Source of the DNA: an uncultured Bacilli bacterium
GTDB lineage: Bacteria > Bacillota_I > Bacilli_A > RF39 > UBA660
NCBI GenBank assembly: GCA_947629035.1
Contig: CANRCE010000002.1
Span: 251 to 64,250, forward strand
Direction: 5' to 3'
Length of the DNA stretch: 64,000 nt
In this document: positions 36,157 through 48,508 of the stretch, in pieces
Layout of the letters: every line of letters starts with the position of its first letter
Numbering within the stretch: position 1 is the stretch's first letter
The notes under the pieces: model-generated
The model's input: only the letters and a program-made list of their open reading frames with translations
Told to the model about the DNA's origin: nothing
Database searches by the model: none
Position numbers and translations under genes: made by a program

Positions 36157-38466
36157 TTGAATATTCAAAATAACAGTATTATTATAATGCCTAGTGCTTT
36201 TAAAAATAGTTTAATTAAAAAGATAAGAGAAGAAAATAAATTATTAAATGTTAAATTTATATCTGATTTAGAATTTATTAAAAAGTATTATTTTGATTAT
36301 AATGAAAAAACTTGTTATTATATAATGCAAAAATATAAAGTAAATTATGAAATTGCTAATATTTATCTTCAAAATATTTATTATGTAATAGATTCTAACA
36401 ATAATAATTCTAAAGTTTTATTTTTAAAAGATATTTATAATGATTTAATAAATAATGATCTTCTTATTATAGATAAAGGTTTTTCTAGTTATTTAAAAAC
36501 AAAAAACATTTATCTTTATAAAAAAGAATTATTAAATGAAATAGCGTTAGTGAAATTAGATAATTTCTCTTATGATGTAATAAATGAAAATAATAATACT
36601 TATAAATTACCTTGTATTTTAGAATTTTCAACTATCGAAGAAGAAGTTGATTATGTAGCAAATGAAATTGTCAGTTTAATAAAAAATAATGTAGATATCA
36701 ATAAAATAAAATTAGTAGGTATCGATAAAAACTACATTAATATTTTAAAAAGAACTTTTAAGTTTTATCATTTACCTTTAGATTTAGGAATAAATAAAGT
36801 TTTATATAATACTGATATTGGTCTATATTTTTTAAAAAACTTATCGGATGATTTTGAAGTATTAAATAAAATTAAAGAAAATTATAATTTAGATAATAGT
36901 GAAAACTTGAATATCTATAATACTATTATTGATGTATTAAATAATTTTACTTGGACAGATAGTTACCTTAAAATAAAAGAAATTTTAATTGAAATATTTA
37001 AAAAAACGAAAATTAAAAGTAAGATAACTAAAAATAAAATAAGCATTGTTGATTTAAAAGAAGAAGATTTTAATGATGAATATGTTTTTGTTATGAATTT
37101 TAGTATGAATAATATTCCTTTCGTTTATAAAGATGAAGATTATCTCTCATCACAAATAAAACAAGATTTAGGTTATCGTAGTATAACTTTAAAAAATAGA
37201 CGTGAACTAGAAAACATTACTAGGATTTTAACTAGGATAAAAAATTTAACAATTACTTTTAAAAAGGAAGATATAAATGGTAGTTATTATATTTCTAGTT
37301 TAGTAGATAAGCTAAATTTAGAAGTTAAAACGATATCTTTTTCTTCATATAAAAATTCTAATTTAGCGAACAAATTAAAATTAGCTAAAATGTTAGATCT
37401 TTATAATAAGTATGGTATTTTAAATACAGATATAAATATTTTAGCTAGTATGTATCCTAATTTTAATTATAAAACTTATACTAATGATTATCATAATATA
37501 AATTTAGATAGTCTAAATAAATATCTAGATAATAAGTTATTTTTATCTTATAGTAGTCTAAATAATTACTTTTTATGTCCATTTAAATATTATTTAGCTA
37601 ATATTTTAAACGTTAATTTTTTTGAAGATACTTATTATAGTGATATCGGTAGTGTTTTTCATGAAGTGTTAGCTAAATATGAAGATAGTGATTTTGATAT
37701 AGATAAATATTTTTCTAAATTAAAATTTAATAATTTAAAGGAAAAATTTTTCTATAATAAATTAAAGGAAGATTTAAAATTTATAATTGATGCTCTAAAA
37801 AAACAAGCTACTTATTGTAGTTTTAACAAAAGCTTAAAGGAAGAAAAAGTAAAAGTATTACTTAAAGATAATGTTATTTTTTCTGGTATTATTGATAAGA
37901 TTTTATATAAAGAAGAAAATGATCAGACTAATTTAGCGATTATTGATTATAAAACAGGAAATGTGTCCCTTGATTTATCATTATTAAAATATGGATTAAA
38001 TATGCAACTTCCTATTTATATTTATCTTATATTAAATTATAAAAAAATTAATAATCCAAATATTGTAGGTATCTATTTACAAGAGTTATTAAACTATGAC
38101 AAAAAAGAAGAAGATTTAAATTCTTCCAAATTAGATAGTTTAAAATTAAAGGGTTATAGTGTATCCGATAAAGAAATATTAGAAAAATTTGATAGTAATT
38201 ACTTTGATTCAAAAATGATTAAAGGCTTAAAAATAAATAATGATGGTTCTTTTAATCATAATGCAAAAATATTAAATAAGGATGATTTTATCAATATTTA
38301 TAATGAAGTTGATGATAGGATAAAATTTGCTATTTCTAATATTAAAAAAGCTAACTTTAAAATTAATCCTAAAGTTATTAAAGGAAATAATGTAAGTTGT
38401 AAGTTTTGTCCGTATCAAGATATTTGTTATGTCAAAGTAGAAGATATGAGTTTTATTGAAAAGTAG
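36157..38466 (+). CDS. addB: ATP-dependent helicase/nuclease subunit B-like (compact AddB/RexB: RecB-type nuclease domain with Fe-S cysteines, no Walker A)
   Basis: 769 aa versus about 1150 for typical AddB. C-terminal PD-(D/E)xK nuclease (GSVFHEVL ... IIDYKTGN ... QLPIYIY) and Cys cluster C..CKFCPYQDIC. No GxGKT motif in the N-terminal part. Translationally adjacent to addA. Confidence 0.65.
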   Translation: MNIQNNSIIIMPSAFKNSLIKKIREENKLLNVKFISDLEFIKKYYFDYNEKTCYYIMQKYKVNYEIANIYLQNIYYVIDSNNNNSKVLFLKDIYNDLINNDLLIIDKGFSSYLKTKNIYLYKKELLNEIALVKLDNFSYDVINENNNTYKLPCILEFSTIEEEVDYVANEIVSLIKNNVDINKIKLVGIDKNYINILKRTFKFYHLPLDLGINKVLYNTDIGLYFLKNLSDDFEVLNKIKENYNLDNSENLNIYNTIIDVLNNFTWTDSYLKIKEILIEIFKKTKIKSKITKNKISIVDLKEEDFNDEYVFVMNFSMNNIPFVYKDEDYLSSQIKQDLGYRSITLKNRRELENITRILTRIKNLTITFKKEDINGSYYISSLVDKLNLEVKTISFSSYKNSNLANKLKLAKMLDLYNKYGILNTDINILASMYPNFNYKTYTNDYHNINLDSLNKYLDNKLFLSYSSLNNYFLCPFKYYLANILNVNFFEDTYYSDIGSVFHEVLAKYEDSDFDIDKYFSKLKFNNLKEKFFYNKLKEDLKFIIDALKKQATYCSFNKSLKEEKVKVLLKDNVIFSGIIDKILYKEENDQTNLAIIDYKTGNVSLDLSLLKYGLNMQLPIYIYLILNYKKINNPNIVGIYLQELLNYDKKEEDLNSSKLDSLKLKGYSVSDKEILEKFDSNYFDSKMIKGLKINNDGSFNHNAKILNKDDFINIYNEVDDRIKFAISNIKKANFKINPKVIKGNNVSCKFCPYQDICYVKVEDMSFIEK

Positions 38467-41400
38467 GTGATATTTATGAATTATACAAAAGAACAATTAG
38501 AGGCTATAAATAAAGATAACACTAATATTATTGTTTCAGCAGGAGCAGGTTCTGGTAAAACAGCAGTACTTACTCAAAGAGTTATAAGAAAACTTTATGA
38601 ACATACTCATATTAATGAATTGTTGATTTTAACTTTTACAAATAAAGCAGCAAGTGAAATGAAAGATAAAATAAGAAAAGCTATCTTAAAAGAAGAAAAG
38701 TTAAAAGATGAACTAGACCTACTAGATAATGCTTATATTACAACCTTTGATAGTTATGCTTTATCAATTGTTAAAAAATATCACTATGTATTAGGATTAA
38801 AACGTAATATTAAAATTGGGGATACATCACTTTTAGAATTAAAAAAACAAGAATTTTTAGAGAAAATTTTTGAAGATTACTATAATAAGCAAGATCCTTT
38901 ATTTTTAAAATTAGTAGATAATTTTTGTATTAAAGATGATAAACTTTTAAAAAGGAGAATATTAGATTTAAATAAAAAATTAGATATGTTATCAGATAAA
39001 CAACAATATTTAAAAGAATATGATGCTTTTAAGAATATTGATAATGATATTTTAGATTATATAAATTATTTAAAAGAAAAAATTAAAATGATAGAAAATT
39101 ATACTAATGAATTAAAATATTATGTAGATAGTTCATATTATGATAAAATTTATAATAGTATAAAAAGACTATTAATTAGTAATAACTACGATGAAATTAA
39201 AAAAAATTGCAATCTAAAGTTACCTAATTTACCTAAAAATAGTAGTGAAGAAGCTAAAAATATTAAGTCGATAATAAAAGATTTAATTGATAATATTGTA
39301 AGTTTAACTAATTATAGTGATATTTTGGAAATTAAAAATGAACTATATAATACTAAAGATAATTTAAAGATATTAATAAAAATCTTAATAGAACTAGATG
39401 ATGAGATAAAAAATTATAAAAATAACCTTGGTATCTATGAATTTAATGATATAGCTCTAATGGCTATTAAGTTAGTAAAGGAGCAAGAAGAAATTGCAAA
39501 AGAGATTAAAAATAGTTTCAAAGAAATATTAATTGATGAATATCAAGATACTAATGATTTACAAGAAGAATTTATTTCTTATATTGCTAATAATAATGTT
39601 TATATGGTTGGAGATATAAAACAAGCTATTTATCGTTTTCGTAATGCTAATCCATATCTTTTTAAAGAAAAATATGATTTATATCAAGATGGTAAATTGG
39701 GAATTAAGATAGATTTAAATAAAAATTTTCGTTCACGTAAGGAAGTTTTAGCAAATATAAATACTATTTTTAATGAACTTATGGATGATTCTTATGGTAA
39801 TGCTAACTATCAAAAAGATCATCAAATGATTTATGGTAATTTAGCCTATGATGAGAATAAAAGTAAATCTCAAGATAGTAATATGGATATTTTAACTTAT
39901 TGTAGTAAAGAAGGATATAGTAATGCTGAAATTGAAGCTTTTATTATTGCTAATGATATAAAGAAAAAAATAGAAAATAAATATTTAATTTATGATGATA
40001 AAATAAGAGAAGTAAGCTATAGAGATTTTGCTATTTTATTTGCTGATTCTACTAACTATTCATTATATAAAAAAGTATTTGAATATATGAAAATTCCTCT
40101 TAGTATTATTAAAGATGAACGATTACTTTTAAAAGAAAATGTATTAAAAAATATTATTTGTTTAATAGAATGTATTTATGAAAAAAAATATGATGATAAT
40201 TTTAAATTAGCTTTTTTAAGTGTTGCAAGAAGTTTTTTGTGTGAAATTGATGATAATGATATATTTGATATGTTTTTAAATAATGATTTTATTAATAATG
40301 AAATTTATCTTAAATGTAAGAAAATTGCTTCTAATATTGATAATTTATCTTTAATTCAAATATTAGATCTTATAGTAGAGGAATTTAATTACTATGAAAA
40401 TTTAATAAAAGTTGGTAATATTGATAATAGATTAATTGAAATAGATAAATTATATGATATAGCAAATGATTTAATGGAAGTAGGTTATAATCTCAAAGAA
40501 TTTAATGATTATTTAAAACAAGTAAATAAATTTGATTATAAAATTGAATACAAAATTAATGAAAAAGAAGAAGATACAGTAAAAATGCTTACTATTCATA
40601 AATCGAAAGGTTTAGAATATAAGATATGTTATTTTGCTGGTTTAGATAAAAAATTTAATTTACAAGATATAATACCCAATATTTTATATGATAAAAAATA
40701 TGGTATTATTATCTCTTCTTTTAGTGATAGTGAAAAAGATACAATTTATAAAAAGTTAGTAAAAGATAATTATCTAAAAGATGAAATATCAGAAAAAATA
40801 AGATTATTTTATGTTGCTTTAACTAGAGCTCGTGAAAAAATAATTATGGTTATAAATGAAGAAGAAAAGAAAGTTTTAGATAAAAGTACTTTTCGTAGTT
40901 TTAAAGATATGTTAGATTATGTTGCGATTAAAATTGATAAATTTAAAAAAAATATTGATATAAATACTTTAGGGCTAACTAAAGATTATCAAAAGCAAAA
41001 GAAATTAGCTTATTATTATGATTTAAAAGAAGTTGTTAGACCAGAAGAGCTAGATATTAAAAATACTTATGAAGAAGAATTTACTTTTTCAAAAAAAAGT
41101 AATGATTTAATTGATAAAGAAACAGCGCATAATTTACAAGTAGGAAATGATATTCACGAATCTTTTGAACGATTTGATTTCAAAGTACAAGACTTTTCTA
41201 TTTTAGATAAATTTAGTGCTAGTAAGATGCAAAACTTTTTAAAACAAAAACTTTTGTCTAATATAAGCAAGGCTAATATTTATCAAGAATATGAATTTAT
41301 TTATGAACAAGAAGATAATATATATCATGGAATTATTGATTTAATGTTAGAATATGATGATCATATTGATATTATTGATTATAAATTAAATGATATAACT

Positions 41401-41544
41401 GATAATAATTATTTGAAGCAATTAAATGGATATAAAAATTATATAAGTAAGATAGTTAATAAACCTATAAATATTTATTTATATTCAATTTTACAAGATA
41501 AGATTGTTAATTTAAATTTAAAAGAAGAAATGCTAATAAGATAA
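38467..41544 (+). CDS. addA: ATP-dependent helicase/nuclease subunit A (UvrD-like helicase + C-terminal RecB nuclease)
   Basis: 1025 aa. Walker A AGAGSGKT, helicase motifs (ILIDEYQDTN, VGDIKQAIYRFRNA, TIHKSKGLE, VALTRAR). C-terminal nuclease GNDIHESFERFDF...HGIIDLMLEYDDHIDIIDYK. Confidence 0.85.
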   Translation: MIFMNYTKEQLEAINKDNTNIIVSAGAGSGKTAVLTQRVIRKLYEHTHINELLILTFTNKAASEMKDKIRKAILKEEKLKDELDLLDNAYITTFDSYALSIVKKYHYVLGLKRNIKIGDTSLLELKKQEFLEKIFEDYYNKQDPLFLKLVDNFCIKDDKLLKRRILDLNKKLDMLSDKQQYLKEYDAFKNIDNDILDYINYLKEKIKMIENYTNELKYYVDSSYYDKIYNSIKRLLISNNYDEIKKNCNLKLPNLPKNSSEEAKNIKSIIKDLIDNIVSLTNYSDILEIKNELYNTKDNLKILIKILIELDDEIKNYKNNLGIYEFNDIALMAIKLVKEQEEIAKEIKNSFKEILIDEYQDTNDLQEEFISYIANNNVYMVGDIKQAIYRFRNANPYLFKEKYDLYQDGKLGIKIDLNKNFRSRKEVLANINTIFNELMDDSYGNANYQKDHQMIYGNLAYDENKSKSQDSNMDILTYCSKEGYSNAEIEAFIIANDIKKKIENKYLIYDDKIREVSYRDFAILFADSTNYSLYKKVFEYMKIPLSIIKDERLLLKENVLKNIICLIECIYEKKYDDNFKLAFLSVARSFLCEIDDNDIFDMFLNNDFINNEIYLKCKKIASNIDNLSLIQILDLIVEEFNYYENLIKVGNIDNRLIEIDKLYDIANDLMEVGYNLKEFNDYLKQVNKFDYKIEYKINEKEEDTVKMLTIHKSKGLEYKICYFAGLDKKFNLQDIIPNILYDKKYGIIISSFSDSEKDTIYKKLVKDNYLKDEISEKIRLFYVALTRAREKIIMVINEEEKKVLDKSTFRSFKDMLDYVAIKIDKFKKNIDINTLGLTKDYQKQKKLAYYYDLKEVVRPEELDIKNTYEEEFTFSKKSNDLIDKETAHNLQVGNDIHESFERFDFKVQDFSILDKFSASKMQNFLKQKLLSNISKANIYQEYEFIYEQEDNIYHGIIDLMLEYDDHIDIIDYKLNDITDNNYLKQLNGYKNYISKIVNKPINIYLYSILQDKIVNLNLKEEMLIR

Positions 41545-41592
41545 TCATTGACAAAAATAATTTGATTATTGTAAAATAAGTTTATAGATGAG

Positions 41593-42228
41593 GTGATAAT
41601 TTTGGATGAAAATTTATTTAGAATATTAAATCAATTAAATAAAGATAATAGAGATATTATAAACATTTTAATTCATAATGATATTGTAAGTATCGATTAT
41701 ATTGAAAAGCAAGTAATTTTAAGTTTAAATCCTAGTTTAATTTATAAAACAGCTTTATATATAGATAATATTTCAATAGATAAATTAGCTAATGCTATGA
41801 TAGAGACTCACAATGCTTTTTATATGTGTTACTTTGCTCGGGATGTTAAAGGAGCTCCAATATATGATTTAGCTATGGCTGTTATTAGACAAAATAATGC
41901 CGATGCTATTTTTGAATTTGCTTATTCAGTCGAAAATGCTCCGATATACGATTTAGCTATGGCCGTTATAAAACTTAAAAATAAATCAAAAATTATTCTT
42001 TTTATGAATAATATTAAAAATGCTCCACTAGATGAATTACGACAAGCTTTAATTGATATTGAAGAAGAAGAGAAAATGACTAAAAAAGAAGAATTAACTA
42101 ATTCACTTATTAAATTTCTAATTACTAATGATACTTCATCAGTATTAAAATCTCTTCATTTATATACTAATCTTTTTAACGAAGATAATTATTTATCAAA
42201 AACAAAAAATAAAAATAAGAATAAATAA
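41593..42228 (+). CDS. hypothetical protein with internal 25-aa repeats
   Basis: 211 aa. (K/E)(G/N)APIYDLAMAVI(R/K) occurs twice plus a third partial copy NAPLDELRQALI. DNA-level about 75-nt periodicity 41857-42040. Lys/Asn-rich tail. Confidence 0.4.
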   Translation: MIILDENLFRILNQLNKDNRDIINILIHNDIVSIDYIEKQVILSLNPSLIYKTALYIDNISIDKLANAMIETHNAFYMCYFARDVKGAPIYDLAMAVIRQNNADAIFEFAYSVENAPIYDLAMAVIKLKNKSKIILFMNNIKNAPLDELRQALIDIEEEEKMTKKEELTNSLIKFLITNDTSSVLKSLHLYTNLFNEDNYLSKTKNKNKNK

Positions 42229-42266
42229 TTTTCTTAATTTAAAAAAATGTTATAGGGAGGATTTTT

Positions 42267-43634
42267 ATGTCTAAATTAGATGAATTTAATGAGAATATAA
42301 AAAATAAAAAAATAGCAATAATTGGTCTTGGAGTAAGTAATATTCCTTTGATTGATTATTTTTATGAACATAAAGCTAAAGTAGTTGTTTTTAATGATAA
42401 AGAAATTGCTGAAGAAATATTAGAAAAATTAAAAAAATATGGAATTGACTATATTATTGCAAAAGAATATAACACGATGTTAGCAGATTTTGATTATATA
42501 TTTAGATCACCTAGTTGTCTTCCTACAAGAGGTGATTTAATGTATGCTAAAGAGCATGGTGCAATTGTTACAACCGAAATAGAAATGACTATAATGCTAA
42601 CTGATGCCAAAGTAATTGGCGTTACTGGAAGTGATGGAAAAACGACAACGTCTACTTTAATATCTTTAATTTTAAAAGCATCCAATCATAATGTTTTTCT
42701 TGGGGGAAATATAGGAGTACCACTTTTTACCAAATTAAAAGATATTAAAAAAGATGATATTATTGTTTTAGAATTAAGTAGTTTCCAACTTATGAATATG
42801 AATGTTAGTCCACTTATTTCTATAATTACTAATATAAGTCCTAATCATTTAGATATTCACTCATCATATCAAGAATATATTGATGCTAAAACAAATATTT
42901 TTAAGCATCCTAATAATAAAAAATTAATATTAAATTACGATAATGAAGTAACTAATAGCTTTAAAGATGCTAATCGTGAAGTTATCTTATTTTCTAGTAA
43001 AAAGTTATTAAATCATGGTTATTCTTATTATGATAATATAATATATAAAGATAAAGAAGAACTAATGAGAACAGATAATATTAAAATTAAAGGAGTTCAT
43101 AATTATGAAAATATTATGGCTGCTTTAGCTAGTTGTTATGAACTAATTGATATAAATAAAGCAATCGAAGCTATTACTTCGTTTAATGGTGTTGAACATC
43201 GTTTAGAATTTGTAAGAGAGATAAATAAAGTAAAATGGTATAATGATTCTGTTAGTTCCTCACCATCAAGAACTATCGCTGGTCTTAAAACTTTTAAAGA
43301 AAATATTGTCTTAATTGCTGGAGGTTACGATAAAAATCTAGATTATGATAATTTAGCAAAGGAAATGATTTCAAGAGTAAATAAACTTATTTTATTTGGA
43401 GCAACTAAAGATAAAATATTAGCTTCTTTAAATAAATATGATAATAATATTGAAATATATGTCTTAAATACTCTAGAGGAAGTTGTCAAAAAAGCTTATG
43501 AAGTATCTAAAGAAAATGAAATAGTTTTATTTTCTCCAGCTTCTGCTAGTTTTGATATGTTTAAAAATTTTGCTGATCGGGGAATTAAATTTAAAAATTT
43601 AGTATTATCGCTAAATGATGATAAAGAAAAATAA
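42267..43634 (+). CDS. murD: UDP-N-acetylmuramoylalanine--D-glutamate ligase
   Basis: 455 aa. Mur ligase P-loop GVTGSDGKTTT. N-terminal Rossmann IAIIGLGVSN. Not embedded in a dcw cluster here. Confidence 0.85.
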   Translation: MSKLDEFNENIKNKKIAIIGLGVSNIPLIDYFYEHKAKVVVFNDKEIAEEILEKLKKYGIDYIIAKEYNTMLADFDYIFRSPSCLPTRGDLMYAKEHGAIVTTEIEMTIMLTDAKVIGVTGSDGKTTTSTLISLILKASNHNVFLGGNIGVPLFTKLKDIKKDDIIVLELSSFQLMNMNVSPLISIITNISPNHLDIHSSYQEYIDAKTNIFKHPNNKKLILNYDNEVTNSFKDANREVILFSSKKLLNHGYSYYDNIIYKDKEELMRTDNIKIKGVHNYENIMAALASCYELIDINKAIEAITSFNGVEHRLEFVREINKVKWYNDSVSSSPSRTIAGLKTFKENIVLIAGGYDKNLDYDNLAKEMISRVNKLILFGATKDKILASLNKYDNNIEIYVLNTLEEVVKKAYEVSKENEIVLFSPASASFDMFKNFADRGIKFKNLVLSLNDDKEK

Positions 43635-43666
43635 AATTATTCCTATTAATAGTTGAAAGAAGGTAA

Positions 43667-44788
<1,122 letters not shown>

Positions 44789-44823
44789 AAAAAGAAACAA
44801 ATGTATGCTATAATTAAAATGAG

Positions 44824-45831
44824 GTGACTAAAATGGAGGAGAATGTTTTAACTAGTGAATTATTAGATTCTGATTTGAATATAAGACCTAGTAATTTGGA
44901 TGAGTATATTGGTCAAAAGGAAGTTAAAGAAAATATTGATGTATTTATAAAATCAGCAATTATCAGAGAAAAACCCTTGGATCATGTTTTATTATATGGG
45001 CCTCCAGGATTAGGTAAGACAACTTTAGCATATATTATTGCTAATGAATTAGGTAGCAATATAAAAACAGCATCTGGTCCTGCGATTGAAAAGCCAGGTG
45101 ATTTAGCAGCTGTTTTATCTACCCTTGAACCAGGAGATGTACTATTTATTGATGAAATACATCGTATTCCACGCTATATTGAAGAAATTTTATATCCTGC
45201 CATGGAAGACTATTGTTTAGATATTATTATTGGAACTGAGGGAAATACAAGGAGTATAAAAATAAATTTACCTAAATTTACATTAGTCGGTGCAACGACA
45301 AGAGCAGGTGATTTATCTTCACCATTAAGAGATCGCTTTGGTATAATATCAAAACTTAACTATTATACTGAAGATGAATTATTTCAAATTACTAAAAGAA
45401 CCTCTAAAGTTTTAGAGATGCCAATTGAAGATGATGCTGCAAGAGAATTAGCTAAACGAAGTAGAGGAACTCCTAGAATTTGTAATCGTTTATTTAAACG
45501 GGTTTTGGATTTTGCTTTAGTAGAGGGTAAATCAGTTATCGATTTAGATATAACTTCTAGAGCTTTAGAAAGATTAAAAGTAGATAAATTAGGTTTGGAT
45601 GAAACAGATCATAATTTACTTATGGCTATTATTGAAAAATTTAATGGAGGACCTGTTGGAATAGATGCACTTGCTAGTTCTATTGGCGAAGAAGTTACCA
45701 CTATTGAGGATGTGTATGAGCCTTATCTTTTACAAAATGGTTTTTTAAAAAGAACATCAAGAGGTCGTGTAGTTACGGAAAAAGGTTATGAACATCTTGG
45801 TATAAGTCATTATAAAAATACTTTATTTTAA
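44824..45831 (+). CDS. ruvB: Holliday junction branch-migration ATPase RuvB
   Basis: 335 aa. [36 protein letters not shown]. No ruvA immediately upstream; tgt occupies that position. Confidence 0.9.
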   Translation: MTKMEENVLTSELLDSDLNIRPSNLDEYIGQKEVKENIDVFIKSAIIREKPLDHVLLYGPPGLGKTTLAYIIANELGSNIKTASGPAIEKPGDLAAVLSTLEPGDVLFIDEIHRIPRYIEEILYPAMEDYCLDIIIGTEGNTRSIKINLPKFTLVGATTRAGDLSSPLRDRFGIISKLNYYTEDELFQITKRTSKVLEMPIEDDAARELAKRSRGTPRICNRLFKRVLDFALVEGKSVIDLDITSRALERLKVDKLGLDETDHNLLMAIIEKFNGGPVGIDALASSIGEEVTTIEDVYEPYLLQNGFLKRTSRGRVVTEKGYEHLGISHYKNTLF

Positions 45832-45903
45832 AAATAATAAAATAAAAGTAAACTAGAGTTTTTTCTCTTGGTTTACTTTTTATTATCAAAAATAAATTTA
45901 AGA

Positions 45904-46839
45904 TTATTTTTCTTTGGCATATTTTCCTTGATAAGTATCTTCTTTTTTCATTAATTTATCTATGTCATTTAAAACACAAAATTTTTTTAATAACCATTTA
46001 GGTTCGATTAAAGTATCTAAATCAGGATCTGATGTAAGTCGATGAATAACTATTTCTTCGCGTAATAATTCAAGTTGTCTTACGACGATATCGACATATT
46101 CATCTTTGGTTAAAAGATGAAATTTTTCTTTTAAATACATTTTTTCTAAAGGAGTATCTTTAATAATATTTAACATATGAATTTTTATTCCTTGAATATC
46201 TAAACTATTAAGATGTTTTACGGTATCTAGCATCATTTCTTTTGTTTCATAGGGAAGACCATTTATAATATGAACAACGACATTTATATTTCTTTTTCGA
46301 AGTAATGATACCATCTTATCAAACTGTTCTAAACTATGACAACGATTTATTAATTTAGCTGTTTTTTCATGAATAGTCTGTAATCCAAGTTCAATTGTAA
46401 GATATGTTTTTTTATTGAGTTCTTCTAAATAATCTAAAACATCATCTGAAATAGCATCAGCTCTAGTTGCAATAAATAAACCTACTACATCTTTTTGTTT
46501 TAATATCTCTTCATACTTTTCTTTTAATACACTAACTTTAGCATAGGTATTAGTATGAGCTTGAAAATAACCAATGTATTTAGCATTTTTCCATTTTTTA
46601 TCAATAACATTTTTAACTTTATTAAATTGTACAGTTAAACTATCTTCAACATTACCAGCATGTTCACCTGAACCTAATTTAGAACAATAAATACAACCAC
46701 CATAGCCAACTTTTCCATCGATATTGGGACAGGTAAAACCAGCATTTAAGCTAATTTTTGCAATTTTACAATTAAATTTTTTATTAAAAAAATAATTTAG
46801 AGTATGATATCTTTTATTATCTAAAGTATATTTAAACAT
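45904..46839 (-). CDS. radical SAM protein, TIGR01212 (YhcC-like) family
   Basis: 311 aa. CPNIDGKVGYGGCIYCS CxxxxxxxxxCxxC cluster typical of TIGR01212. Confidence 0.75.
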   Translation of the reverse strand: MFKYTLDNKRYHTLNYFFNKKFNCKIAKISLNAGFTCPNIDGKVGYGGCIYCSKLGSGEHAGNVEDSLTVQFNKVKNVIDKKWKNAKYIGYFQAHTNTYAKVSVLKEKYEEILKQKDVVGLFIATRADAISDDVLDYLEELNKKTYLTIELGLQTIHEKTAKLINRCHSLEQFDKMVSLLRKRNINVVVHIINGLPYETKEMMLDTVKHLNSLDIQGIKIHMLNIIKDTPLEKMYLKEKFHLLTKDEYVDIVVRQLELLREEIVIHRLTSDPDLDTLIEPKWLLKKFCVLNDIDKLMKKEDTYQGKYAKEK

Positions 46840-46924
46840 AAAATCACCATCTATATTTTAACATAAAATTTAGTTTTTGTATCTAAAATTTAAAACTACA
46901 CATACTATAATAGGGTGAGCTTCG

Positions 46925-48004
46925 ATGAATGATATTAAACGCTATAATCTATTTATGCTATTTTCTAGTATCTCGCGAAATATAATTGAAGTATTTTCTT
47001 GCGTTTTATTATATAAAATGGGTTATAGTTTAAAGGATATCTTACTTTTTTTTAGTATTGTCTTTTTTTTAGGATTTATTTTTAGTTTTTTAACTTTAAA
47101 AATAGCCAAAATAATAAATCCTAAATACATTTTGCTTTTATCAGGCTTTATTTTTGCTTTTAGTTTTTATTTTTTATCTATTATGAATAATAGTTTTCTA
47201 AATTTAATTATTTTTGCAATTTTAATAAGTCTAGGTTCTTATACATATCATCCCTTAAGGCATTATTATGCTCTTACAATTTTACCAAAAAAAGCTTCAA
47301 AAGAAATTGGTAATATTTTAATTATCTCTTATATTGCCATTACTTTTTCATCTTATCTTGGAGCTTATATAACTAATAATTTAGGACTTATTTATATTGT
47401 CTTTATTATTATTTTTTTATCATTAATATCAGTTATATTTTTATCAAAAATTAAACTTGAAAATAAAAATACAAAAGTAAATTTTGAAAAAATACCAGTT
47501 AATAAATTTTTATTTTTTTTAATGGAACAATTTAAAGTTATATTTTTAACTATGCAACCTTTATATTTATTTATCTATATTGATAATAATATTGAGTATA
47601 TTGGTGTATTTAATGTTATATTAACTATAGCTTCAATTATATTTACATATTTGTTTGTAAGAAGAAAAAATATTTATCAAAATTTTAAGATTTTGAATAT
47701 AGTATTTTGCCTTATACTTTTATTAAAAATTAATATTTATCATAAATATTTTCTCTTAATATTAGCTTTTTTCGAAGGATTTGGCACTAAAATGTTTGAA
47801 ATAATAAGCTCTTTTAATGCATATAATTATAATAAAGACAATTTAGAGGGTTATATTAATAAATTAGAACTTATTTTTTGTGTTATGAGAGGTTTAATTT
47901 GTTTAGTTTCCTTTTTACTATTTAATAATATAAAGACGATACTATATTTTAGTATTATAGGAATTTTTCTTTGTAGTTTCATTAGATTGGATTTTGAAAA
48001 TTAA
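46925..48004 (+). CDS. polytopic membrane protein (about 10-12 TM), MFS-like topology, function unknown
   Basis: 359 aa, hydrophobic throughout, no catalytic motif recognised. Confidence 0.4.
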   Translation: MNDIKRYNLFMLFSSISRNIIEVFSCVLLYKMGYSLKDILLFFSIVFFLGFIFSFLTLKIAKIINPKYILLLSGFIFAFSFYFLSIMNNSFLNLIIFAILISLGSYTYHPLRHYYALTILPKKASKEIGNILIISYIAITFSSYLGAYITNNLGLIYIVFIIIFLSLISVIFLSKIKLENKNTKVNFEKIPVNKFLFFLMEQFKVIFLTMQPLYLFIYIDNNIEYIGVFNVILTIASIIFTYLFVRRKNIYQNFKILNIVFCLILLLKINIYHKYFLLILAFFEGFGTKMFEIISSFNAYNYNKDNLEGYINKLELIFCVMRGLICLVSFLLFNNIKTILYFSIIGIFLCSFIRLDFEN

Positions 48005-48062
48005 TACTTGAAATATTGTATTAAATATGATATTATATTAAAGCAAAAAAGGAAGTGAATTT

Positions 48063-48335
48063 ATGGCTGGAAATTATAATATTGAATCATTATATAAGGT
48101 TAATTTAGCACATAATGATGTAGCTTTAAATGAATCTTTCATTTTATATACTACAAACAATTTAAATTATGAAGATTTTTTTCATAGAATTGTCTTAAAT
48201 GATAATTATAGAATTTTAAATAAAGAGGGAATAAGTAAATTTTTAACTAAAGAAGAAAGAAAAAAAGGAGTAATTGATTATCAAAAAGTATTAGAAATAG
48301 AGAGTAAATTAAAGGCTTTAAAGCGAATTAAATAA
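48063..48335 (+). CDS. hypothetical small protein
   Basis: 90 aa, RBS aaaGGAAGTGaatttATG. No recognisable motif. Confidence 0.35.
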   Translation: MAGNYNIESLYKVNLAHNDVALNESFILYTTNNLNYEDFFHRIVLNDNYRILNKEGISKFLTKEERKKGVIDYQKVLEIESKLKALKRIK

Positions 48336-48398
48336 ATCTAAAATTAATAAAAAAATATTGTTTTCATCTTTATCTAGTGCTATAATAATATTATTGAT

Positions 48399-48474
48399 TG
48401 CCCCATAGCCAAGTGGTAAGGCATCGGACTCTGACTCCGACATTTCGTTAGTTCGAATCTAACTGGGGCAACCA
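48399..48474 (+). tRNA. tRNA-Gln (anticodon CUG)
   Basis: 76 nt, hand-folded. Acceptor TGCCCCA/TGGGGCA, anticodon stem TCGGA/TCCGA with loop cuCUGac, T-loop TTCGAAT, 3' ACCA. Close to the Bacillus tRNA-Gln backbone but with C34. Confidence 0.8.
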
Positions 48475-48486
48475 AGATTGATAAAT

Positions 48487-48508
48487 CCTTATTTTATAAG
48501 GTTTTTTT
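48487..48508 (+). terminator. rho-independent terminator after tRNA-Gln
   Basis: ccttat-ttt-ataagg followed by ttttttt. Confidence 0.7.
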
